This document shows positions 11,507 to 25,300 of a stretch of DNA of 64,000 bases, piece after piece. Made by a program: the position numbers and the translations under genes. Source of the DNA: Paragordius varius (Eukaryota; Animalia; Nematomorpha); contig OZ176053.1 in the NCBI GenBank assembly GCA_964247055.1, forward strand, positions 5,642,001-5,706,000. The letters are read 5' to 3'. The notes beneath the pieces are model-generated. The model worked only from the letters and a program-made list of their open reading frames with translations. It had not been told where the DNA came from and made no database searches. How positions within the stretch are numbered: the first letter of the stretch is position 1; every line of letters begins with the position of its first letter.

Positions 11507-13339
11507 TAAAATTAATTGCCTGAAAATGATCTTTGGAACGAATTATTGGCTGTCAATAATATAAAGTGTGCGATTTTTTGATGAGATATTGTCTTTTCCC
11601 CTACAAGCAATTTTTGCCATTACGGATAATTAATTGACAAATTTTTGATATATCTTGTTGTAAAAGCAATTAATCTTTTGCATAATTGTGTAATTTGAAA
11701 TAATGATAGGATGTCCTTTTACGAATAATAAAAGATTTTCGATATTTTATGAGTAACAAGTGCGGTTATGCGACCATTTTTTTGTGTATGAAAATAGCAT
11801 GTATATAAATATTTGATAAGGTCACTCACTACTTTATAGTTTATAACATAATGATGATTAAATAGATTGGATATTGATAAATAAAATATTTTGTGTGTAG
11901 AATTAATCAACCAATATAATAGTATATTTGTTTTATTACGCAAAAATCTAAATATTCTACAAAAGATGCGAATTGCCGTGAGCTCTTTTTAACAAACATT
12001 AGAAAATGTTTACCAATGCGATGTATAATTTCTTAGTATATCAAAGAAAAAACATTAAAAATTTATCACCTATTTTGAAAAAAAGTATCAAATATTGTTA
12101 AAAAATCTTTTAAATAATATTTTTTAATTTTTTTCGATAGTATTTATTAATCATTATATATAATCAAAATTTATAATATATCAAATACATATTATAAATT
12201 ATCACATGATAGTTTTTTATCCCATTACACCTTTATACGTAACATAATGATTTTTGTTAACAAAATTTATTTATACCAAAAAAACAATGCAAAAAATCAA
12301 GGTAGGAAATTAAGATATATATACAGTTACAATATAATAGAAAAAAATGCAATTTATCTTATATTAAAAATTGTGTAAATGTAATATAGATATATTTTAT
12401 ACATATTAACTAAAATCTAAATTAGAAAAGATTACAAAAACAATACATTTTATATTGTGGTGACCTTGATGTACTTGAAAGAAAATTTTATTGCAAACAA
12501 TATTATAATATAATTATATACATTTAATCCCTACCCTAGTTAAAGTTTTTATTTAAATTACATATATTGATTGATTTTTAATTGTTGACCCAACGCTCGA
12601 AAAATAAAAATGGGCGTTGTTCAAATTAAATTTATTAATTTTCCCACTTTTATAATAATCAATGTTCTCGTTTTATAATTCAATTTTAAATCAAAAATTA
12701 GTTTTGCATATAAGTAAAGATGGATGTGATAAGATTTTGATTATCACAAAAAAAACTTTTTTATTTAAATTATATTTTAAAATGTATAACCTTATTTCTT
12801 TGTGCGTATTTATATGTACTAAATAATTGAAATATTTTGTCAGCTATATGTAAAAAAGGTGATTCAGATTTTTTTAAGATATAAAAATTATTTATAAACA
12901 TAAGCAACAAAAATTAAAAGTTCATGTGATGTTTTACGATCAAAATTTACTGTAAAACAAATATATATTTGAATTTTAATAAATAAACACGTGATTTAAT
13001 GGTTATAAAAATAGGATATATTATTTTTTAATTAATTTAACCGTTAATTAGTGTTTAAAAAATTAAATTCGCTTTGAGGCACTTAAAGAGGATTTAGATT
13101 TCATGGCTCGGTTTTTAAATTTAGCACACTACTATTTGATTCTCTAAAAAATGCCATCTCTCAAATCAGCATTTAAATATGTCATCCAGAGAAAATTAAT
13201 TAAACTAAAAGTTAATTTTGGTAATGGTGGAATGCACATAGCGCACATAATTTATATTATTGATCCCTCCTTCTTATATTATAATATTTATGATGTATAC
13301 AGGTTTTGGATTTCGGAAAGCATAATAAGTTAAATTCTA

Positions 13340-13560
13340 CCTGAGTGGCGTACACTGGGCAGGGAAACGCTAAGTTTGAGCCTATTACTTTTTGGGATTT
13401 TAGTTTTTTTGTAATCATTTCTAAAACGTATTTTTGTTTATTGAACCATATTAAATAACACATAGTATTAATGGTAATGACAAGGTTTTAAACAAACAGG
13501 ATTTCATAGGGCAGTCCCTCTCAAATATCCTGTGTCTTATACTCTATTATTAGATTAAAA
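13340..13560 (-). mobile_element. Decayed LINE RT fragment, same family as 15955-16990
   Basis: Minus strand encodes ...GLPYEIL... and FPCPV; CACACTGGGCAGGGAA matches CACACTGGGCATGGGAA at ~16690. Confidence 0.7.
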
Positions 13561-13952
13561 AGTTGTGGATAGCACTGAATCCTGGTTACAGTATTTATTT
13601 TGAGTTTTTTGTATATAAAATATTACAGCCGGTTGAGATAGATGACTATATTAAATTTTTTGTCTCTTCGACTAAATAGTTGGGACGATAGAATTCTAAA
13701 TAAAGGTTTTTTAAACTCATAACTCTTTCAAAATCCCCCAAAAAATTGTAAAGTTGATGTTGTTTTGATAGATATAGATTCCGTTTATAATGAATGTTGC
13801 TTCAATTTTTACCAGATAAGGAGGCAATATATTGGATTTTTAAAATGGGCTGATAACCCGATTTATCAGACATGCAAATATTTTCAACATGCTCAAAAAG
13901 CTTTAACATAACAGTCCTCTTAGAAGGCAGTAATGTACATCTAGGTATGTAC

Positions 13953-14540
13953 CAGGGCTTCGAACCGGAAGGTTCCTGAGATTTTAGCAGGAACTGAAAC
14001 CCTTTGGTCGGAACCAACCCTTTTCCGGTTCTACTTGCGCGGGAATCACGCCGGTTCCATTTACGAATTTTTAGGAACAAACCCTGCTGCACCTCCAAAA
14101 TAAGTGGTCCATATGCTTTATTTTTGAAAAATAAAAATTATCGTATTTTGTTTGTATGATACTATTTTTGATCTCCATCAAAACGAGAAGCTTTTCCAGG
14201 CTAATTTTTATATTTTCAGATTTGAGAAGTAATCTGACAATCGAATTTATTAATCATTCATTAAAAGTTAATTAAAGTTTACCTACATAGATGGTTACCA
14301 CAAATAGAGTTCTCACCTCTTTTTGTACCTATTTGCTATTTAATTTTACTAATAAATTATGTTTTGATGGGAATTGCTGATATTTTGAATTTTATAATTA
14401 AATTATTGAGTAAAAATCATTCAAGAAAAGACAACAACCAAAATAACCAAGAAACCGCTCCCGAAATCGTTAAATTTCTATAGCAACCCGGTTGGGGTTT
14501 AACCGGAAACATCCCGGTTTCATTTTAAATTTCTTAACGG
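13953..14540. mobile_element. Decayed copy of the GGAACC-rich hAT-like MITE family
   Basis: Starts CAGGGCTTCGAACCGG; 13953-14110 is colinear with 55980-56190; right terminus not intact. Confidence 0.55.
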
Positions 14541-15217
14541 CCAATTTGACGCTAAAAAACATTCATCTTTTAAAATTTCATTTTGAATGATTTATAACAG
14601 TGGTACTCAACAAAAATTTTGAAGGGCCAAACAGAAATATTTCTAGCACATATTCAGAAATTTATACTCTAAATAATAAAAATTAAATCAATAATATGGA
14701 GAATAAAAGGACTTTTAGGTCCGCGGTTATACCACTGGGTTATATATATATATATATATATATTAATTGATAAAATATTTAATTTTATAGTGGAACAATT
14801 AAAATCAAAATATTAGAATAGAAAACCTTTTTTATCCCATAGCTAATTTCAGCAGCATAAATTAAAGTGTTAAAAATATGATGACATATAATTATATATT
14901 TTGTAAAAGTTGCATAAAAAATGTCACAAAGGTTGTTTTATTTCGGACAAAACAAAAATTATCTAATAATCTCTGGTTGTGTCTGCACGAAATCCTGATT
15001 ATTTTTTAAAATTTATTTATTAGTTTTCAATTTTTGGATTATGTTTTCCATCTTTTGGGCATTACATCCATTTTACTTTATACTTTTTTTTTGTATTTTA
15101 ATGAACAATTTTTTTTGCACTATACTTTATGATTTAATAAAAAAAATATCCACAACAATTAGGCAAAACGAAATACCATTTATTTAATATTTATTGTCTA
15201 TAAATATGAATATTTAT

Positions 15218-18200
15218 TTATTTCTTAGCGGATGTAGGTGTCCGACGCGTTAGCTTAGGTGAAACGGATTGAGAGCTCTTTTTGTCTATAATTTTTGACA
15301 ATAAAATAAAAATATATATCATTCATATGACAAAACAATTTTAATAATTTAAAAAACTATAGTCTTTTTTTTCATTATAATTGCAATTGTATATTACTAA
15401 TTAAATCAAGCGTCTCCTTAGGTAACCAATCTAAATCAACACCCTCAAGATTGGATTGTGTTCCCATTTCAATGTTACGACGAACATTTTGCGTTGCGTT
15501 CGATTTTCCACTTGTACTGTGAAGTGATGATCCTAACTTTCTTTTCTATATCAAAAAATGTATGAAATAAGTCTGAATTATATAAACATAAACGCCAAAA
15601 ATTCAAAATTTGACTTCATATTATATTGCACCTTTCTAAAATCTAAAAACCATGTCTATAGAATCATTATTATAAACTCGTACAAAATTAAATCCCTCTT
15701 TATAAGCATGCCAATTGAATAATATTTCTAAAAATAAAAATAAAGTCTAGGCCGATTTTTACCAATTATGGAGAATTATTATATTCAAACATCAAGCCAA
15801 AAAATGAAAGTATGGTACCAAACAAAGTAAATTATTTTTATATTATATTCATATAGATATGGTATAAGGTTAAAACAATTGAGAATAAATCTTTTGTCAA
15901 AGTATATAAGTTCAATCTATTAATCATAGTTTAACAATAATATTTGTATATATATCCATCCATCCATTTTAGGTACCAGGGTATCTGGGGTTTCCATGCA
16001 CAAACTTTCTGAACAATGTTCTATCAAAGACTTGTTCGTGTTCAATATTGAAGTGTGATAGATCTTGGGTCAGCTGTTTGGACCATGTGAGTTTAGGGCG
16101 GCCTTTTCTCTTTGGGCCGGGTATATTTAAATGTTGTATTTTTTGTACCCAGTTATCGGAATTCATACGTTGAATATGTCCGTAATATCGCAATCGATTG
16201 CGCTGAATGAATAGAGCTATGGGTTTATCTTCTTCTATGGTATTATCAAAATTATTGTTGCAGATTTTGAGCATGTGATTTTTAGCTCTAGTAAGTCTAT
16301 TTAGGTCTGTTGCTGTAAGGGCCCAGGTTTTAGCGTATGTCATAGCTGGTCCTATTCCTATTTTGTAAATCTTTAGCTTATGTTTCGATTTGATATTTTT
16401 ATTAGTTAAAATATATTTTAATTGATTGAATTTGGCCCATCCTTGTCTGATTCTATGAGCAATGGCATCCCTCAAAGAACCATCAGATGCTATATAATCG
16501 CCCAGATATGGAAAAGATGTTACAACTTCTAGTTTGTCTCCATTAAAGTATTCGATATTGGCAGTGGTATTAAAGCACATGGTGTGCAGATAAAATTATT
16601 ATTATTAATTAACTTTCCTTTTATGTTGGAACGTTTTTTATGGTCTGCATTTTGTACAACAAAGTGAGTTTAGTTTTACCTCAGTGGTGCACACTGGGCA
16701 TGGGAATTTTATAGTTTTATGTTCATCTCCTGTGATTAGAATTTTAGTTTTGTTTGTATTGATTAAGACCGTGTTTATGTAATTGTTTTGACCATAGTAG
16801 ATATTTATTTTCGAGTATTGAAATATCTTCTGCAGTGATTATGAGGTCGTCTGCGTAAAGAATTTCATATGGGAGACCTTCTCTAATATCTTTTGTTATG
16901 TAATCAATTATAGCTATAAAAAGAAGTTAGCTAAGGACAGACCCCTGATGCAGCCCTGTATTTATACTAAAATACTCTAGAAAAATTTAGATTTTTCTTC
17001 ACACAAGCTAAATATTTCAGGCAATACTGATTAACAATCGCGTCAAAAACAAATATCTTAGAATTATTTGGGTTATAATAATTTACAGTATGCATTACAT
17101 TGGATGCTTATTTCACACCATATGGACAATTTGCAACACAATAGTGTATGGAGACAACAAAATGTTAAAAAAAATTATTTCCTTTCTTTTTTCCATACAT
17201 TATTGTGTTCCCAACTAGAGTGCGAAATAAGCAACCATTAAAATGCATACTGTAACTGTCACAACTAGGATTAAATCTGATGAATACATATAATTAGACT
17301 TTAATTACCTTTAAACATAACCAGCCAAAATTCTTTTAGCATTCGACGATAATGTAATATAGGATAAAAATAAAAAATGGTGTAAAACCATTATTTAAAA
17401 ATTTAAATATAAATTGATTTTGTTTTGTTTAACTTAGTCACATAAGTATATTTGTTTATAAAAATGGATTTATAAACGGTAAAAAACCTAAACCCTATAT
17501 TTTTGCATCTAGTAACCTTGTAAATCATGATAATATTATCATTTAATTGGGTAAAAAACGCTATAAAATAAGGGACTTACACCCCATGTGGTAACAAAAT
17601 TTTGAAGGAAAAGAGCCAACAAAACAACACAACCAGCCATCAAAAGGTAAAGGAAAAATCTAAATATATTTGATTAATAATTTGCTATAATCAATATTTT
17701 TCAAAATATTTAATCCTGATATATAATTAAATTATAAAAATTATACGTTTGGCCATCTAATCCAGTTTCCAATTCAGTAAATTGTATAGTCTGATTGAAC
17801 GCAGTGGTTACATATTGTGTCGAATTCTTTTTTATAAAATAAAATAAATATTTAAGATTTAGCAAATATCGTTACATTACTTGATTAAAGTTTGCTATTT
17901 AAAAAAAAGAGTCTATAATTGGGTGAATTTACATAAAGAGTTTTTGGTTATTTTCATAAAATTTAAACGGTACTATATAACGATAATTTTAGTTTATACT
18001 TTATGGTAAAATTTTGAATTATTTAGCCACAAATATTTTGACTTGAAAATTGGATAACACATTGCAGATAAGTTCTAAGGATTAAATAATGCTTTTATAT
18101 AAAATCATTAGTTTTTAATTTCAAAATCAGGGTAAAACTTCAAAAATGAATAAATTTATAAAATCAATTTTCTATGACACAATACAAAGTTAAAAAAATA

Positions 18201-19243
18201 AAAATATAGCGTAAGTAAATGCCAAAAATAAAAATATAAATGCAAAATTATTAAAGGTTAGATTGTATTGCATATTAATTCACAATAATTTAAAACTATT
18301 AAAAACCCAAAACCAAATGAAAAATACCAAATGCTCAAAATCACAAAGTTTAATCTGTTTAAAAATTTATTTTTAATATTCAAAAACTAAGAACTACTAA
18401 ACATAACCCCAAAACCAAACGTTTTAAATAAAGCGTAAAAAGTTTAATTACAGAGTCTCGAAATACAGCTTGAATGACCAATGTGAAGGGGCGATTGGAA
18501 AGTTGCTCACTAACACGAAATGTATAATCAAAAACTGACCGAACACCCCGGGGTATGCGATGAAAATCGGACGGAGCCAAGGACCAATAATTAAAGTGTT
18601 TGCCATCAAAATGTCCGCTTGGTGTAAGAAATTTCGTGTTTGAAAAGTAGAGTTTTGATGTAAAATTTTGAATGAAAAATGTTTGATCTTGTGGATACCG
18701 AATACTGCCTTCTATGCGTTCAACGTAGATATCTGATGGGGAGGATGCATCATTTTCCAGGGATACTAGCATTGAAATTGGTGTATTGGTGGGCATTTCT
18801 ATTAAGGTAATTAATTTTATAAATTACAAGATGAAAATAAGATTAACAGTATAAATTTTATAGGTACAAAAGGGATAAAATACATCTGTTCAAGACTGAA
18901 CGTGACAATGAAAAAAATGTGCCAATATTATAATTTAATCAGTATTTATAGCAAATATAAAATTAAAAATAACTGTAAATACCTGATTCTTTATTTAAAT
19001 TCGGACTCGTAAAGACATATTTTGCATAAATGTGGTGAGGTATGTTCCTTTTAAGGTCTTCATCCATAAACTAATGTAAATAATATAAAATTAGTACCTG
19101 ATCTGATTCTGATTTTAAAGTTGGTTCTTCATCAGTGACGACGACATCTTCAGGACCACAAATTGTACCAACAATTTTACAACCTATTAATATTTAACTA
19201 AAACCATACTTAATATTAAAAAGAGTATAATTTTGCAAGCCAT
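15218..19243 (-). CDS. SSR1: Translocon-associated protein subunit alpha (TRAP-alpha)
   Basis: Exons 19243-19210, 19183-19098, 19070-18983, 18798-18453, ~17826-17748, ~17665-17581, 15545-~15400, ~15285-15218. Motifs: signal peptide, RYPQDQTFFIQNF, RPFTLVI, AFNQTI..E.ETGLDGQT, TM helix, IEMGT..GVDLDWLPKETL. Confidence 0.92.
15955..16990 (-). mobile_element. 5'-truncated RTE-like LINE (RT C-terminal half plus 3' end) in an SSR1 intron
   Basis: GLHQGSVLS, LPYEILYADD, LEVVTSFPYLGD, YFGHI-like LRYYGHIQRM, GRPKLTW; in-frame stops upstream; 3' tail of (ATGG)3. Confidence 0.9.
17086..17252. mobile_element. Tc1/mariner-like (CAGT-ended) MITE, near-palindromic
   Basis: TA|CAGTATGCATT...AATGCATACTG|TA; internal inverted pairs TGCTTATTTCACAC/GTGCGAAATAAGCA and ACACAATAGTGTATGGA/TCCATACATTATTGTGT. 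Confidence 0.8.
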
Positions 19244-19329
19244 ATATGCACAACGATTGACCACGTTATATATATTGAAAAAAATTATACGGAAAAAGAT
19301 ATTTCATATGATCAATTAAATTTTCCAGC
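19244..19329. promoter_or_regulatory. 86-bp divergent interval between the SSR1 and TSR1 start codons (putative bidirectional promoter)
   Basis: SSR1 ATG at 19243 (-) and TSR1 ATG at 19330 (+); both N-termini match their families. Confidence 0.7.
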
Positions 19330-22300
19330 ATGGTTAAATCAAAATCCCTACATCACACCGGTCCATTTAAACAAATTAATAAGAAGCACAAATCACGATT
19401 TGCTAATCGAAAAGAAAAGAAGATTTATAAACACAAACGTATATTTAATGTTTTAATGCTTTAGCCCTAAACCATACAAAAAAGCTAAAAAAATCTTTGT
19501 CAAAAGATGTTAAAGTTAATCAAGTATATACTTAATTTTATATTGCCAAGGCTACACAAGAACGGATTAAAAAAATATCTTCTTCGAAATCTATACAAAA
19601 GTTACAGGAAGGGATGGATTTTAAAATGGTTTTTTTGTAAAGGATATAATTTTAGGCCATAGTTCCGTTGTTTCAGACCTTTGATTGTGCAACAATCGAA
19701 AAATTTGTTAATCTGAATTCCATAATTAAAATAAGTGATACAAAATATCACTTAGTACATGGGAAAATAAATTGTTACATCAATATTTTGGATTACAACG
19801 TTCTTAAATCAAATTTATTTGATGCTTTAGATGTTTTGCGGGTAATTTTGATTTATTAAAATTATATATTAAAAGTAGCTTTTGATCGTTTAATTTAGAA
19901 TTATCCTATTAATAAATTCATATCATTGATCCGCACATTAATTGATACCACTGATCGTGTTTTTAATATGTTTTGTCAAATTGGTTTTAATTAACGCGGT
20001 GTTTTTCATTATAGTAACCTATTATATTAAACAGCATTGCCTTTAAAATATCGAATATTTTATGATTTTTACAAAAGGATAATAGCAATTATTATTGATC
20101 CTAATCAAATTGTTTGAAAAAATTGAAATTCATAAGATAAATTTTATTGATAACAATATTTTAAATCCGTCATCAGAGTTTCATCAATATACATAATCAG
20201 ATAAAATTAATTTTGGATTTTTTATTGGAACTCTTTGTTATTTTCAACTCTCAAATGATTTTAGAATATTAATTTAGAATAAGCCTATATTTTGGATTAT
20301 TGCTATTTTAATATTGTCCTGTACGGGGAATTTGTCTTCATTTGATAAATTAATATAATTCAACCTTATTTATATTTATTGATTCTCTTTATAAAATTTT
20401 TTTCCCTTTTTTTTTATATACAGGTTATGGATTACATAATTTTCATTTTACCACCCACGTCCTTAAATTTAGACAAAAGTATGAATCTTATAAACACACA
20501 TTTTTTGGAATGCGCACTGGTTCAAGGGATAACATCCAACATAGTTTTTGCTTATGAGGTTTTTTTTCAAAACTTTTTTTTAATTATGTTGAAATGTTTT
20601 AAAACATAATTTTGGACAATATAGGGTGATTTGCTGGATGATGATACATTGTCCCAAAAATCGATGAGTTTCCGAGATAGTTATAAGAAAGGATATGCCA
20701 GATTGTATCAAGAATTGTTGCAAAAATAGTAATAATTTTAGATGCTATTTACCATTTTTTATTCAACTATTATTATTATTATTATTATTTAACAACTAAT
20801 AGCTTACCCCAACCAAAAATTATGAGTATGGATAGAATCGAAACAAATTTAGCCAATTTTTATCGTCAGGTAATTCAATCAAAACGTAAAAATGTTCAAT
20901 GGATACAGGAGAGGCCCGTATTTATCATTGATGATGTATCAGAGGTTAATATTTATTTATTTAAAGTGCTATGGAAAATGTTTTGGTTTATTATGGATTT
21001 AAATATGTGAAGGTTACTTTGTATAACATTTAAACATCTTAAAAGTTATACTTTATTCAATTATATGAATCCTGCTTTATTTTATAGTTACATATTATAT
21101 TTGCTTTCTATGATGTATACAGATTTAAAAATTTCCACTTTACATTTTTATATTATCGGGTAAAGCTTGTTAATAATTGTTTTAACTACATAACCAGTTT
21201 TTGCATAATTTTAGTTATGACCATTAGAATTTAAATTATCACAATTTTGCTCTTTATTTTTACTTTTACTAAACACTTAGTCAAAATATTTTTGTTTTGT
21301 TTTAAGCTTAGTTATGAAACTAGAGGCAAATCTAAACTCTTTTGACCGCAATTCGATTTTATTGAATAATGGTATATCTTATTGATGGGTATATTTTTTT
21401 CTGAGAGAAGTGCTTATAAACAAAATCCATTTTTTGATGCAATTGGTATGGATTTTTTTTAAAAAATTGTTGTATTTTTAAATATCAATTTTAATCTAAA
21501 TTTGCCATACTTTTGTTTTTAAAGATGTATATAATATTTTTCACTACAAAATGGTGCAATATTAAGCGATATAGGATAGGTTAACTGCGAAGATAACCGT
21601 ATCGGGTGCATTATGAATAGAAGTCAGAACATAAACTCCGCCGTGTATTTTTTATTAGGCAGATTGAAATTTAAAGTGGAACAAATCCTCACGTGTTCGT
21701 GAATAGTGCATTGAATTCGACAAATATGGTCCACAGATAAATCTCTCAAAAACAAAAACATAGCGAATTAACTGCTAACGATTTTGTTAGTAACTCTCAA
21801 TGGACATTCTATCGAAATAATAAATAATTACACATATCTCTAGATACGGAACAATAATAACTGTACACACAAGATAAACATAAAAAATCTATAGCCAAAA
21901 CGACCAAATATAATTACTATAAAATTTGGGCTTTCCAGGATGTCAGTTTAAAAATAAAAATTCAACTTGCCAATGTTTTCTCAGGTTTAAAGACTCTGAA
22001 ATCCGGCAAACGGATAATAAATTCTTTTTATGGGTTTGGAGAAAATCTTCAAATCAATCGATTGGTATCATAAAATAATTCATTACTTGGCATGTACATG
22101 CGCACCAAATTATCCCACTTTGGCCACATTACATCTAACTCATTGGAATAGTCTTTGATATTGAGAAACGTAAAGAAGCCGAAAAGAACAAGGTAGATTG
22201 ACAATATTCTAAAAGAAACCAATGTTGGATGAACTAAAGATTAAACTAGAAACAGCAATTATTACAGAAATTTTATTTACAATATTTCACAAAGTCGACC

Positions 22301-25300
22301 TTGACGTAGCCCACATCCATACATCCAAATATAAATCATGTTTGCGTTTTATTTATTTGTTAATATTCGATGTTTTAAAATATTGCGTTATTTATGCATT
22401 CATAGGATTAGGTGCCCATTTCTATAATAGTAATAGTACTAATAAATAGCTGTGACATATAAATAGCAGGCTATTGAAGTAGATGATTAATACAAATATC
22501 AAAGAAAGTCAATTTGTTGGTTCATTGATATAGTGAACTTTGAAAAAAGCCAATATGTTAGAATTAAGAAATATAACTAACTATCCTCGGTTGGTCGATA
22601 TAAAAATGCCAAAAATTTATACATATGTAGTTAGTGAAAAAAGGATATTTTGATGCTAACAACATCATATGTATGCTTTCACGATTTTTAATTTTTTTAT
22701 AATTAAAGTTTTATTAGTCAACTTTAAATAAATTTTATATTATATTTATTGATTGTTATATTTAGAATGGTGAAAAGGTAACATTACATGGTCATATACA
22801 TTCTGTCAATAAACCTATACTACCTGGTCAAACCATACACATCCCTGCTTTACAATGTGAAAATTATAAGGATGGCAAAGAGCCGATAAATGATTTTATA
22901 GTTGATTCTGTCTGTTTTTCAAACAATGCCACTACCGTATCAGAAATCATGGATGATGCATCATTATATCAAAATGTATTGCGTTTTAGTTTTAGTTTTT
23001 AGTTAATTGCTAACATTTTTTTAGAATTACAGTACTGTATGGTAAATACAAAAAATTTCAAAATTTAATAGGCAAGATTAATGTTAAATATAGGGTGGAA
23101 AACGTTTATTTGTCACCATTTTGTTTTATACCATACTATATAAATTTTTTAACGCCGTATAATTTTGAATAAAGTATGTTTGAACTTTTAAATTACATTC
23201 AAATTTAAATTTTGGATTTTACTATAGACGGAAATGACGATTAATGAAGAATTAAAAGAGTTTTGGGGATTGTATACGGCTCAACAATATAGCAAAAATA
23301 AAAGCACTCCTCTGAATGATAATAAAATAAATGGAGAAACTGTATTAGATAAGCATAATATCGATAAAGACACCGATATTACCCTTACAGAAAAACGAGT
23401 CAAATTCCAAAATGATCAAGGTTCAGAATCGGTCCAAATGGAACATGATATTGAGGTTTTTTCAAAAAAAGATTACATATTAGGGATTGATTTTGCGCGT
23501 TTTTTGATAATTAAATATACATCTATATTGTTTGAATTCTAAATTTTTAAAATACAATAAAAATTCAATAATAAAAACATAGGAAAAAGATTCTATAAAA
23601 AAAATTTCTAGGTATTTTTATATCACTGTTTTTACATCCTATTCTTTTGTTACCTAAACGATTTGATTTGTAAAAATGGCTCAAACATTTTGTTTTCATA
23701 AAAATATAGACTCTTATACATTTTGTCGTTTTTTAATTTTTGTTTTTGCTGTTATAACTTTTATCAAAGTCGATTTTTGTCTGTGGTTTATTTAGACCAG
23801 CTTGTACGGTTAGGTATCAGGGATATCGACCCTTGTATTGTAAGTTTGGTTTTATTAATTATTTATCCAGCCAATTTTGCGCCTACTGCGTTTTCTGGAA
23901 CTTATTTTCTTGTGAACTGCCAGGTTTTTGGTTCTAGTGACATGAATGAAAGAAAGATTCATTTGAAACATGAGGCAAATTGAGATATGGGTTTGATTTT
24001 GTGAAGAATTTCGGTGTTTTTAATTTTATCTTTTAGTTGCTTTTTTTAACACCACATTCCGAAAGCATTAATATATCTTTCATGCCCCTTCGTTAGTGTT
24101 CAACCGCCGGAGCGGCATGCTTGGAAAAATTAGAAATCTGATTAACCTGATTATGGTTTTGATATGATGTCTTGTGATGACCATTTAATATACTTTATCA
24201 TATTCGCTTTCCCTATTACTATTATACTGATGACCGAGGTACTATTATTAGCTATATTGATAAGACTGCCGGTGCAAATGTACTATGGAATTACAAAAAT
24301 TCGATTATCCATGAATGTTAGGATATTGTATCGATTTTGTGAGTTTATATGCATAATTTCTCTGTAAATAATTAATAATTTGACCAAATTTACATCGTTG
24401 AATTGTAACAAGAGTTTTATCTCGAGGTTGTCAAATGAGTTTAACTATGGTGTCGTTTGTGTAGTGGAGTGACCGATTGTATTATCGGCAATTTTTATGC
24501 CAAACGATTTATCCATAATATTTCGTATGATGAGCCCAATGCAAATGTTGAAAAAAATTGGTGAGAGGATTCACCCTTGTCGCAATCCGTTGTTCATTGG
24601 TACCCAGTTGTTTGTACCGTATGAAGTCGATAATATAATTGAATTCGAATATACGGATTAAATTATTTTCATTGAATGCTTTTATATTCCGATTTGAGAT
24701 AGTGCCTTCCAGAGAATCTCTTGCCGGACACTCTCAACGGCTTTTGTGTTGGTTTCGTTTTGGAATTTAATTTGTTTTTGAAGATCCAACGTAATTTGGA
24801 AATTATATCTTTACACATGTGATTTCCTCTAGTTCGGATTTCACCATGGATGCCTTTTAAGGTGATGAAACTCAGCATCCACATATTAGGGATCTACAAA
24901 TACACATTCCTTAAATCGTCATATTGAATATTATAATCACATCATAGTCACTAAACCCTCAAACGTGATGGATTGGCCCTAATAAACAATATACAATCAT
25001 AATTTCTAATATACTCAGCGATCTTATAAACTAATCCGATTTTAAATATTCCAAGTATTTATTACGCAGCTTTTATAAGGTACCTAATATAATTTTATAA
25101 TGGGTGACTTTAACGCAATCATTGTGATGGTCAATACGTAGCAAATAACTGGAGGAAAAGGACTTGGTTATAGAGTTTTTTCGGAAACACACCATGTATT
25201 TCAAATTTTTTTCATAAAACCAAAAGGCGCTCCTATACAATGAACTTCACCATGCAGAAAACAAAGGTATCAAAATAATATTATCCTCCTTGGGATGCAA

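Noticed and set aside
13802-14098. 98-aa ORF
   Set aside because: It overlaps a GGAACC-family MITE; no splice or homology support.
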